This document shows positions 1 to 7,487 of a stretch of DNA of 13,639 bases, piece by piece. The notes beneath the pieces are model-generated. The model did no database searches. It was not told where the DNA came from and was given only the letters and a program-made list of their open reading frames with translations. A program made the position numbers and the translations under genes. The stretch comes from Calditrichaceae bacterium (GTDB lineage Bacteria > Calditrichota > Calditrichia > Calditrichales > JBFXGD01): assembly GCA_050178385.1 (NCBI GenBank), contig JBFXGD010000090.1, positions 1 through 13,639 of the forward strand. The letters are read 5' to 3'. Each line of letters begins with the position of its first letter. Position 1 is the stretch's first letter.

Positions 1-126
1 CGGCATACGTTATAAATTATTAATGGTATACTCTGGCGGTATTATTTTTGAAACATTCTATTTTATCAGAAAGCAGGAAATATATAAAAGGTTCATTAGA
101 GTTTTTGGATACTAACCAATTTATCT

Positions 127-675
127 ATGATGAAATTTATGGCGCTTATGGAAGTGAAATATATTATTGAAACAGAAAGATTATTCCTTAGAGAGTTAAG
201 ATCATCGGATGCAGAAAAAATGTATGATTTAAATTCTGATCCGGATGTTGTAAAATTTACGGGTGATATACCTTTTACTTCTATTGAAAGCGCTCGAGCG
301 TTCTTAGAAAAATACGATGAATATAAAAAACAAGGATACGGCCGTTGGGCAGTGATAACCAAAGATTCCAACGAATTTATTGGCTGGTGTGGGCTTAAAT
401 ACAATGAAGAAAAATATACTGATATTGGATTTAGGTTCTTTCGAAAAGAATGGAATAAGGGATATGCAACCGAGGCCGCAAAAGCCACTTTGGAATATGG
501 ATTTAGTGTCCTGAAGTTAAATGAAATTATTGGACGCGCATCAACAGATAATAAACCTTCCATAAGAGTTTTGGAAAAATTAAAAATGAGCTTTTGGAAA
601 CTGGACAAATGTGATGGGATTGAGAACTCTTCATATTTTAGGATAAGTAAAGCGCAATATGACAGATGGAAATAA
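127..675 (+). CDS. GNAT family N-acetyltransferase (RimJ/RimL type)
   Basis: IETERLFLRE N-terminus, FIGWCGL, acetyl-CoA motif A 'EWNKGYATEAA', and 'NKPSIRVLEKLKM'. The true start may be ATG 148 or GTG 154. Confidence 0.92.
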   Translation: MMKFMALMEVKYIIETERLFLRELRSSDAEKMYDLNSDPDVVKFTGDIPFTSIESARAFLEKYDEYKKQGYGRWAVITKDSNEFIGWCGLKYNEEKYTDIGFRFFRKEWNKGYATEAAKATLEYGFSVLKLNEIIGRASTDNKPSIRVLEKLKMSFWKLDKCDGIENSSYFRISKAQYDRWK

Positions 676-726
676 AACAGAGACTATGATATTTATTCTC
701 AGGTGAATAAATCATCTCAAAGAACC

Positions 727-857
727 GCCTATCAGCAGGTTAAGCTGAATTTAAATGTTTGCTGTTCTTAAGAAAACTTTTTAATCTGCGGAAATGTTGT
801 GTGTCATTTAATGCTGTGGACGTAGAGTTTAAATCAGTTTAACACGCAATGTTTTGT
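727..857 (+). other. Degenerate attC site after the GNAT gene
   Basis: R''-like GCCTATC (727-733, AAC mutated to ATC). Arm GTTAAGCTGAATTTAAA (739-755) pairs with TTTAAATCAGTTTAAC (828-843) with one extra base and one G-T pair. R' GTTTTGT at 851-857. Confidence 0.62.
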
Positions 858-873
858 GCAGGAAAGAAGAAAA

Positions 874-1581
874 ATGGAAGATTATTTGAAAGAAACAAAA
901 CTTCTTGACTTTAACCATCATGATATTGATGTATTAGTTCAGGATCATGGTTGGAAAGGTTTTTCTGATTACGAAAAAATAGGTTCTATTTATCATTTCG
1001 TCCAAAATGACATCGCTTTTGGCTACAACGAATCTGATGACATACCAGCTTCAGCCGTTCTGAAAGATGGTTATGGCCAATGTAATACAAAAGGTACATT
1101 ACTTATGGCTTTGCTCAGAAGCGTCGGAATTCCCAGCCGATTCCATGGTTTCACCATAGACAAAAAATTGCAAAAAGGCGCCATTACAGGCATATCTTAC
1201 CTGTTGGCGCCAAAAAGCATTATCCATAGTTGGGTGGAGGTTTTTTATCAAGATAACTGGTTAAACTTAGAGGGATTTATTCTTGATAAAAAATATTTGA
1301 ACAACCTGCAATGTAAGTTTCCGGATATTACGGGTCCATTTTGTGGGTATGGTGTTGCGACTCCAGATTTCAGAAATCCTAAAATTGACTGGAACGGTAC
1401 TGACACCTACATCCAAAAAGAAGGAATTAATTATGATTTTGGTGTGTATGATGATCCGGATTCTTTTTACAAAGTTCATGGCTCCAATTTAAGCGGTATA
1501 AAATCAATTTTTTATAAGCATGTGGTAAGAAAATATATGAATTTAACTGTATCGAAGATCAGAGATACAAAAATCACATGA
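874..1581 (+). CDS. Transglutaminase-like cysteine protease family protein
   Basis: Catalytic Cys in 'GYGQCNTKGTLLMALLRSVGIPSR', His in 'HSWVEV', and an acidic third residue in 'WLNLEG'. ATG 874 follows a purine-rich RBS; the ORF track start is GTG 856. Confidence 0.9.
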   Translation: MEDYLKETKLLDFNHHDIDVLVQDHGWKGFSDYEKIGSIYHFVQNDIAFGYNESDDIPASAVLKDGYGQCNTKGTLLMALLRSVGIPSRFHGFTIDKKLQKGAITGISYLLAPKSIIHSWVEVFYQDNWLNLEGFILDKKYLNNLQCKFPDITGPFCGYGVATPDFRNPKIDWNGTDTYIQKEGINYDFGVYDDPDSFYKVHGSNLSGIKSIFYKHVVRKYMNLTVSKIRDTKIT

Positions 1582-1665
1582 CAAGGCAAATGCACACGGA
1601 CGGCAAAATGCACCGCTCGCTCCTCGTTCCTCTTTTTAACACCGATGATTACACCACTTTGTGTG
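1575..1665 (+). other. Degenerate attC site after the transglutaminase-like gene
   Basis: R''-like CACATGAC (1575-1582) contains the TGA stop and complements cassette-start GTTTTGTG (851-858) at 6/8. L'' GCAAAT[G]CAC (1586-1595), then CGG/CCG and AAAA/TTTT arms, an eroded L' ATGATTACA (1645-1653) and an eroded R' CTTTGTG (1657-1663). Confidence 0.68.
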
Positions 1666-1666
1666 A

Positions 1667-2056
1667 AGAAATCAGGATGAAATTTTAAATCGTTATCTTG
1701 GAGACATGAAAATTGTATGGGATTCATTTATTGAAAGTTTAAAGGAAGATTACCCACTCTTTTCATCAGAGTGGCGATATTATAATGAAGCAAAAACCTG
1801 GCTTATTAAAATCACAAAAAAGTAAAAAACTAGTTGCTTGGTTTCTATTCTTGATAGAAAGTTTAAAACTACTTGCTATTTTTCTCTAAAAACTGAAGAT
1901 TTAATAAAAAATAGTAATCTTAAAAAAGAATACATTGATCAATTTTTACATGGAAAGAATTACGGAAAAATAAAAGGCGTGACTGTGGAAATTCATGGTT
2001 CAGCTGATTTAGAAATGATCAAAATACTTATAGAAATCAAAGAAAAGTTAAATTAA
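1667..2056 (+). pseudogene. DUF3788-family protein, 5'-truncated with an internal stop
   Basis: The frame of ORF 1838-2056 extends upstream as ...DEILNRYLGDMKIVWDSFIESLKEDYPLFSSEWRYYNEAKTWLIKITKK*KTSCLVSILD..., with TAA at 1823-1825. 'EWRYYN..K.WL.K...K.KT' and 'GKNYGKIKGVTV' match my recollection of DUF3788. Confidence 0.72.
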
Positions 2057-2265
2057 AGTAATAAATATCGAATAATCTCAAGTGAGAAAAGGGGAAATTT
2101 ATATGCCCAAAAATGCAACGAAATGGGGAATATTTTTCGATGCTTTTCTTAGTCGTTGGAGATAGAAATTATTAATAGAACCAACCGAAGTTGATATTTC
2201 TGTTGAAGAAGAAGATTTCCCGCTTGAAGAGGTGGTGTAAAGATTTTTGAATAAACTATAACACA

Positions 2266-2311
2266 GGGTTTTGGGACGAAGGGAGCCGAAGGGACCGGAG
2301 TTCCAAAACCC
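2266..2311. repeat. GC-rich inverted repeat / stem-loop
   Basis: GGGTTTTGGGAC (2266-2277) pairs with GTTCCAAAACCC (2300-2311): 11/12 Watson-Crick plus one G-T, with a 22-nt purine-rich loop. Confidence 0.75.
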
Positions 2312-2458
2312 AACGCCAAATTTTTGACGCCGGCACTGGATTTTTATGTCTAATTCCCCTAAAATTTATTTAAATTGAAGGCGTTACAGGTCAATTTATC
2401 CGGGATTTAATTTGGGAAAACCGCGCCCTTTATGCCAAAACGACCGGGTATACATTAT

Positions 2459-3085
2459 ATGAAACTAGTATTTGCAGGACTAGGAAGAACCGGAACGACA
2501 TCCCTCGTAAAAGCGATGGAGATTCTGGGATTATCAGTTCTGGCTCAGGAAAAACTATTTCGGAACAGAAAGGTCCACAGGAAGGTGAACGATAGCCTGA
2601 GAGGCAAAGCTGATCTTGATCCGGCTTTATTTTCGGGCATTGATGTAACCATCGGATGGCCGCTTTGCTTTTTGTTTAAAGAGCAGCTTGATCGTTTTCC
2701 CGATTCCCATTGTATTCTGAATGTGCGTGAACCGGAGAGATGGTTTGATAGCGTTGAAAAAACCTGGGATCAAATCAGGATATTACGTAAAGCCCGCTAC
2801 GTGCCGGGAATACGTGAAATCAATTCAACTCTGGAATTTGTTCAGGAAAGATTCGGAGGGGCTCCTGAAAAAACACGATGGATTGAAGCGTACAACAATC
2901 ATATAGCTCTGGTAAAAAAAACGGTTCCGTCAGATCGACTGACCGTTTACCAAATTCACGAAGGATGGGATCCTCTATGTGAGGTTCTCGGTATAGCCGT
3001 TCCGGAAGAAGCGTTTCCTGTCAAAAATACCGGTAAAAGCGGTGAGCTTGGGGAAAAACTGAAAAATTTATTCGGAATTGGATAA
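2459..3085 (+). CDS. Sulfotransferase-family protein (P-loop-like, Sulfotransfer_4 type)
   Basis: N-terminal 'AGLGRTGTTSL..AMEILG', 'ILNVREPERWFDS', 'YNNHIALVKKTVPSDRL', 'EGWDPLCEVLG...PEEAFPVKN'. Alternative start ATG 2432. Confidence 0.88.
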   Translation: MKLVFAGLGRTGTTSLVKAMEILGLSVLAQEKLFRNRKVHRKVNDSLRGKADLDPALFSGIDVTIGWPLCFLFKEQLDRFPDSHCILNVREPERWFDSVEKTWDQIRILRKARYVPGIREINSTLEFVQERFGGAPEKTRWIEAYNNHIALVKKTVPSDRLTVYQIHEGWDPLCEVLGIAVPEEAFPVKNTGKSGELGEKLKNLFGIG

Positions 3086-3142
3086 TTTTAAGGTGTCATT
3101 ATTGCTAAGCGAATTAATCAAATGAAAAAGGAATCCTGAACA

Positions 3143-4123
3143 TTGCGAAATGATTTTAATATACTCAATTCGATCGGAAACACACCGTTAGTTGAATTAT
3201 GTCATGTGGTTCCCGACGGCTGCGCGCGTATCCTTCTCAAGCTCGAAAGCCATAACCCGACCGGCAGTATGAAAGATCGTATGGCACGCGCCGTGATCAC
3301 CGGAGCCGTTTCCCGGGGTGAGCTGGTTCCCAAAGGAACCGTTGTGGAATATACGGGTGGCAGTACGGGAACTTCGCTCGCATTTGTATGCGCCGTCATG
3401 GGGTTTCACCTGTCAATTGTTACGTCCGATGCCTTCAGCCGGGAAAAGCGGGATCATATGCGGGCTCTCGGGGCTCAGGTTCTGGAACTCCCGAGCGATG
3501 GGGGAAAAACAACCAAAGAACTTATTCAGCGGATGATCGCCAGAGCGAAAGAACTCAGCGCCTCCCCCAACTCCTTTTTCGCTGATCAGTTTAACAATCC
3601 CGACGCCGCATCGGGTTATGCGTCCATGGCTGAGGAAATCTGGGAGCAATCGGGCCAAAAAGTAAATGCTTTTGTCCAGTCTGTCGGTACAGCACAATGC
3701 ATCACAGGCGCCGCCGGGGCGTTGCGTAAACTAAACAACTCAATCCATATAATCGCTGTTGAACCCTTTGAATCACCCGTTCTCTCAGGAGGCCAACCCG
3801 GTCCCCACAAGATAGAAGGTGTCGGTCCGGGATTCATTCCGCCAATCTGGTTGGAACATCTGGCTGATGAGATTATTCAGATCTCAACAATTGACGCGAA
3901 AGAGATGGCCAGACGTCTGGCAAGGGAAGAGGCCATATTCGCGGGTACATCAACCGGCGCCAATGTTCTGGCAGCCATTAAGGTTGCCGCTCGTCTTGGT
4001 TCCGGGCAGACCGTTGTCACCGTTGCCTGTGATTCAGGTCTCAAGTATTTGTCAACCGATTTGTACAGTTTTACGGATCCTAATGGAAATGAGTACGCGG
4101 TATGGTCAGATAAAGACGCGTAA
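3143..4123 (+). CDS. PLP-dependent cysteine synthase family protein (divergent CysK-like)
   Basis: 'IGNTPLVEL', PLP lysine in 'NPTGSMKDR', 'DQFNNP', 'HKIEGVGPGFIP', 'CDSGLKYLST'. TTG start with an AAGGA RBS. Visibly GC-richer than its neighbours. Confidence 0.92.
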   Translation: MRNDFNILNSIGNTPLVELCHVVPDGCARILLKLESHNPTGSMKDRMARAVITGAVSRGELVPKGTVVEYTGGSTGTSLAFVCAVMGFHLSIVTSDAFSREKRDHMRALGAQVLELPSDGGKTTKELIQRMIARAKELSASPNSFFADQFNNPDAASGYASMAEEIWEQSGQKVNAFVQSVGTAQCITGAAGALRKLNNSIHIIAVEPFESPVLSGGQPGPHKIEGVGPGFIPPIWLEHLADEIIQISTIDAKEMARRLAREEAIFAGTSTGANVLAAIKVAARLGSGQTVVTVACDSGLKYLSTDLYSFTDPNGNEYAVWSDKDA

Positions 4124-4290
4124 CAGGTCAATGAAATTTTTACTCCTAACATCCGTAACGGGAGAGTCTGACCTTCTCATGGGGAGAGTTAAAACGCCTT
4201 TGGGCAGCACAAAACCCGGCGGGGAAGAATTGTTCTATATTTAAAACAAATTATCCAATATTAGAATAAAAATGATAAATAACGGAGATT

Positions 4291-4310
4291 TCTAATCAAT
4301 AGGTTAGGGT
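4291..4310 (+). other. Possible cassette entry core (attI-like or collapsed attC) upstream of the SDR gene
   Basis: TCTAAT-CAATAG-GTTAGGGT. GTTAGGGT (4303-4310) complements the SDR cassette's R'' GCCCTAAC (5155-5162) at 7/8. Confidence 0.38.
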
Positions 4311-4391
4311 GACGCTGCGCGCGCTCATTAATACTATAAAGTTCCAGACAGTTTACTTGTGGTTTCTCTGAATAAACAGTGGGGTAATTCT

Positions 4392-5105
4392 ATGAAGACA
4401 TTAGTACTTGGGGCTAGTGGGGCAACTGGAAGACTAGTTGTATCACAATTAATCAACAACGGCATATCGACTAAAGTATTAATACGATCTAGCGCAACCC
4501 TACCTAAAGAAGTATCGGATAATAATGACATTGAAATCATTAAGGGAAATGTTAATGATTATTCCACAGATCAGATCAGAGATCTGTTAATCGAATGCGA
4601 TTCAGTTGTTTCATGTCTCGGCCACAATATTAGCTTCAAGGGTATATTCGGCAAACCTCATAACCTTGTTTACAATGCAGTAAGAAAAGTCACAGACGTA
4701 CTAAGAGAATCAGATGGTAAGAAGAAATTTATACTAATGAGTACAACTGCGTATACGGATAAGATTCATGGAGAAAAAGAAACATTTGGGGAAAGTATTG
4801 TATTTGCTTTGTTGAAACTACTATTACCTCCTCACACAGATAATGTAAATTCCGGCGACTACTTGTTTAAAATAATCAGAGAATCAGAAAAGTTTGAATG
4901 GATTGCCATCCGTCCTGATTCACTAATTGATGAGACTATCATAGGTGAGTATGAAATCGTAAATATGAAGAAAAGAAGCCCAATATTTGATCCAGGTAAG
5001 ACAAGCAGGGGAAATGTTGCACATCTCATGGTTGAGTTGTTGTCAAATGATAAACTATGGCAATCCTGGAAATTTAAAGGACCTGTGATATATAACAAAG
5101 AGTAA
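4392..5105 (+). CDS. NAD(P)H-binding atypical SDR oxidoreductase (flavin reductase/BVR-B-like)
   Basis: Rossmann motif 'LVLGASGATGRLVV', 'DSVVSCLG', 'WIAIRPDSL', 'TSRGNVAHLM'. ATG 4392 follows a GGGG RBS. Confidence 0.9.
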   Translation: MKTLVLGASGATGRLVVSQLINNGISTKVLIRSSATLPKEVSDNNDIEIIKGNVNDYSTDQIRDLLIECDSVVSCLGHNISFKGIFGKPHNLVYNAVRKVTDVLRESDGKKKFILMSTTAYTDKIHGEKETFGESIVFALLKLLLPPHTDNVNSGDYLFKIIRESEKFEWIAIRPDSLIDETIIGEYEIVNMKKRSPIFDPGKTSRGNVAHLMVELLSNDKLWQSWKFKGPVIYNKE

Positions 5106-5154
5106 GTTGATTACCTATGTATAAAATATTCGTCATGAATAATAAAAAAGAAAA

Positions 5155-5255
5155 GCCCTAACAAACGCTAAAACTTGATTCGGTACTCTAAAGCCTGGAT
5201 CTACAGACGTCAGCCTGGAAACACAGGCACCTCACAAGTTAAGCGTCTGTCAGGC
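5155..5255 (+). other. attC site after the SDR gene
   Basis: R'' GCCCTAAC (5155-5162). L'' ACGCTAAAACTTG (5165-5177) pairs with L' CAAGTTAAGCGT (5235-5246) with one extra base and one mismatch. Inner GGTAC/GCACC arm. R' GTCAGGC (5249-5255). Confidence 0.8.
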
Positions 5256-5286
5256 AGAAATAGACAATCAGAGAGGGTTCTCAAAT

Positions 5287-5709
5287 ATGAATAAATTTGA
5301 TTTCTTAATCGGTGATTGGAATCTAAAATATTCAGTACCAAAGTCATCTTTAAGTGCTGAATCTAGCGGTTCTGGTGAAGGCACATTTTATAGAGCGCTA
5401 AACAATAAATATGTTTTTTTTGACTATAAAGCTCAATTAACTACCGGTTCAGCACAAGCTCACGGAATTTTTGCTAAAGATGGAAGCCGGGATAATTATA
5501 AATATTGGTGGTTTGATGATTCGGGTGCTTTTTCAATCGCGTCCTGTAAATTCATAAAAGATAATCTTTTATTTATGATTTGGCATGACTCGTGTTTAAT
5601 ACAAACTTTTGAATTAATCAATCAAAATTATATTGTATTAATTATGTCTCAAGCAATCGATAATCAAAATTTTGAACCTGTTCTAAAAGTTGAATTTTCA
5701 AGAAAATAA
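5287..5709 (+). CDS. DUF1579-like beta-barrel protein (hypothetical)
   Basis: 'FDFLIGDW' start, 'G.GTF...LNNKYV..DY' and 'YKYWWFDDSG' resemble DUF1579. GAGAGGG RBS. Bounded by two attC sites. Confidence 0.68.
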   Translation: MNKFDFLIGDWNLKYSVPKSSLSAESSGSGEGTFYRALNNKYVFFDYKAQLTTGSAQAHGIFAKDGSRDNYKYWWFDDSGAFSIASCKFIKDNLLFMIWHDSCLIQTFELINQNYIVLIMSQAIDNQNFEPVLKVEFSRK

Positions 5710-5721
5710 GTATGCTTGCCT

Positions 5722-5826
5722 GCCTGACAATCGCTTGAGGCGGATACGAAAACGTCCGGTATGAATTCGAAGAATTTTGTGTTTTGCCAAGTTCGTCGGT
5801 GCGGCGCTTAAGCGTGGCCGTTAGAA
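5722..5826 (+). other. attC site after the DUF1579-like gene
   Basis: R'' GCCTGAC (5722-5728). L'' CGCTT[G]AGGCG (5732-5742) pairs with L' CGCTTAAGCG (5805-5814) with an extrahelical G. Inner ACGAA/TTCGT arm. R' GTTAGAA (5820-5826). Confidence 0.82.
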
Positions 5827-5840
5827 TACAAGGGGAAAAA

Positions 5841-7028
5841 ATGAAGAACTCACAAGAGACATTCCTAACAAGATTTTTGAAGATGGAAGCGTCGGGTGGC
5901 ATAATTCTAATGATCGCTGCTGTGATCGCTTTGATTCTTGCCAATACTCCCTTTAAATTAATATACGCTTTATTGATAGATACCCCGGTAGAAATTCGAA
6001 TAGGTCCTCTGGAAATTGCAAAACCATTGTTACTGTGGATCAATGACGGACTAATGGCAATATTCTTCTTTCTGGTCGGATTGGAATTAAAGCGAGAGTT
6101 AGTTGAAGGCGAGTTATCCAATAAAAGAAATATAATTCTTCCAGGTTTGGGAGCTATTGGGGGAATGTTGTTTCCGGCGTTAATCTATACATATTTCAAC
6201 GCTGGAGATGCAACGGCAATGAAAGGTTGGGCAATTCCAGCAGCCACTGATATTGCATTTGCTCTGGGAATCTTATCTTTGCTTGGCTCAAGGGTGCCAA
6301 CAAGCATAAAAATATTTCTGACATCCCTTGCAATCTTTGATGATATCGGTGCAATCATCATTATTGCACTTTTTTACACCGAAAAGATTTCTCTAGCTGC
6401 ACTAATTGTTGTAGTCTGTTGCATTCTGATACTTGCCTTGATGAATAGGAAAAAGATAGAAGCCAGGAGCGCTTATGTCATGATCGGGAGTATCATGTGG
6501 GTTGCAATGTTAAAGTCCGGTGTTCACGCAACCTTAGCGGGTGTGATTCTGGCGATGTTTATTCCAATGAAATCCGAAACACGAGATAATTATTCACCAC
6601 TAAAGAGCTTCGAGCATGATTTACATTTTTCGGTAGCATACATCATCTTACCAATCTTTGCATTTGCAAATGCGGGGATTAGTTTTGTCGGCCTGGGAAT
6701 TGATGAACTCTTTCATGAAGTTCCATTAGGCATCGCGCTGGGCTTATTTTTCGGAAAACAAATTGGCGTATTTGGCTTGTGTTGGTTGGCCATTAAGAGC
6801 AACATTACTGAACTGCCAAAAGGGATGTCCTGGTTATCATTATATGGATCTGCGGCTTTATGTGGCATAGGGTTCACGATGAGCCTGTTTATTGGTTCAT
6901 TATCATTTGAGGAAACGGGCATAAATTTATTGTTTGATGAGCGTCTTGGGATCATATTTGGATCATTGGCATCGGGTATTGTTGGATATCTTATTTTGCG
7001 GAGAAGTCTGCGTTTTAACCCTGCATGA
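5841..7028 (+). CDS. nhaA: Na+/H+ antiporter NhaA
   Basis: 'WINDGLMAIFFFLVGLELKRE', 'GWAIPAATDIAFALG', the DD pair in 'AIFDDIGAI', 'SGVHATLAGV', 'GKQIG', 'CGIGFTMSLFI'. ATG 5841 follows an AGGGG RBS; the longer TTG 5784 start lies inside the attC. Confidence 0.97.
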   Translation: MKNSQETFLTRFLKMEASGGIILMIAAVIALILANTPFKLIYALLIDTPVEIRIGPLEIAKPLLLWINDGLMAIFFFLVGLELKRELVEGELSNKRNIILPGLGAIGGMLFPALIYTYFNAGDATAMKGWAIPAATDIAFALGILSLLGSRVPTSIKIFLTSLAIFDDIGAIIIIALFYTEKISLAALIVVVCCILILALMNRKKIEARSAYVMIGSIMWVAMLKSGVHATLAGVILAMFIPMKSETRDNYSPLKSFEHDLHFSVAYIILPIFAFANAGISFVGLGIDELFHEVPLGIALGLFFGKQIGVFGLCWLAIKSNITELPKGMSWLSLYGSAALCGIGFTMSLFIGSLSFEETGINLLFDERLGIIFGSLASGIVGYLILRRSLRFNPA

Positions 7029-7141
7029 AGCAGACGGGCGGGCAAAATCCCCGCGGGAAGTACTCGGTCGCGTTTTAGGTGATCTCTGCTTATGAATTCT
7101 TATGCGCAAACGCCTGTGCGCCGCTTATGCTCTCATTATAC
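7013..7141 (+). other. attC site after nhaA (R' mutated)
   Basis: R'' TTTTAAC (7013-7019) complements cassette-start GTTAGAA at 6/7. L'' GCAT[G]AAGC (7023-7031) pairs perfectly with L' GCTTATGC (7123-7130) apart from the extrahelical G. Inner GGGCG/CGCCT arm. R' reads ATTATAC (7135-7141) instead of GTTATAC. Confidence 0.8.
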
Positions 7142-7144
7142 ATC

Positions 7145-7173
7145 TTGACATTTAACATTGCTCATATTAAAAT
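7145..7173 (+). promoter_or_regulatory. Near-consensus sigma70 promoter with an overlapping operator-like palindrome
   Basis: TTGACA (7145-7150), a 17-nt spacer, then TAAAAT (7168-7173). TTTAACAT-N5-ATATTAAA (7151-7171) is a 7/8 inverted repeat. Confidence 0.7.
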
Positions 7174-7266
7174 ATGGCAAACTAATTCCAGAACAGAGAT
7201 TCTGAACATATATTTAATAGAGAGATGTCCCGCCGATATGTCCGGGAAATTCAAGTTTTTATTTAG
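7174..7266 (+). pseudogene. higB: 5' remnant of a HigB (RelE/ParE superfamily) toxin gene
   Basis: Translates as MAN*FQNRDSEHIFNREMSRRYVREIQVFI*, which aligns without gaps to my recollection of the HigB N-terminus (MIKSFKDKETEKIFNREFSRKLPQDIQ-like). TAA at 7183-7185 occupies the Ser position. No C-terminus or higA is recognisable. Confidence 0.62.
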
Positions 7267-7487
7267 CGAAATCACAAGTATGTTTTTTCTCGCATGCCAC
7301 TCATGCCATACAACCTTTCCATTTTCGCTCATGTCAGAAAAAAAATATCCATATTAGAGTTCAAAATTCATAAACCGGATCCTGTGCCGGGGTAAGGAAT
7401 GATCTTGGAGATAGTATCTTTCAACCTTCTGCTGCCCGGAGACAATTTCGGATTAATTCAAGTAAGAACGATCTTTTGGAGCTAACT

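Larger units (their letters stand above)
727..7266 (+). mobile_element. Decaying integron gene-cassette array (cluster of attC sites, no intI in window; CALIN-like)
   Basis: Co-oriented, functionally unrelated ORFs are interspersed with at least 5 imperfect inverted repeats of R''-L''...L'-R' layout with extrahelical bases. Two stop codons fall inside these sites (1579-1581 in R''; 7026-7028 in L''). Cassette-start cores complement the cassette-end cores (851/1575, 5249/5720, 5820/7012). The array may extend left of the window. Confidence 0.8.

Noticed and set aside
1..145. Possible attC at the left edge (GTTATAA at 9; ATAAATT/AATTTAT arms; TTTATGGCGC at 136)
   Set aside because: Too degenerate, AT-rich and cut by the window edge to support as a feature.
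96..608. 170-aa minus-strand ORF
   Set aside because: Antisense shadow of the GNAT gene with no recognisable motifs.
3819..4244. 141-aa plus-strand ORF
   Set aside because: Alternative frame overlapping the GC-rich cysteine synthase 3' end; no family features.
5784..5840. N-terminal extension of NhaA from TTG 5784
   Set aside because: Lies within the attC; ATG 5841 has a proper RBS and gives a typical NhaA length.
5642..6121. 159-aa minus-strand ORF (also 6713-7045, 7866-8345 and the other short overlapping ORFs)
   Set aside because: Antisense or off-frame to well-supported genes, and 5642-6121 crosses an attC site.
7079..7357. 92-aa plus-strand ORF
   Set aside because: Runs across the attC, the promoter and the higB remnant in another frame, which explain the sequence better.
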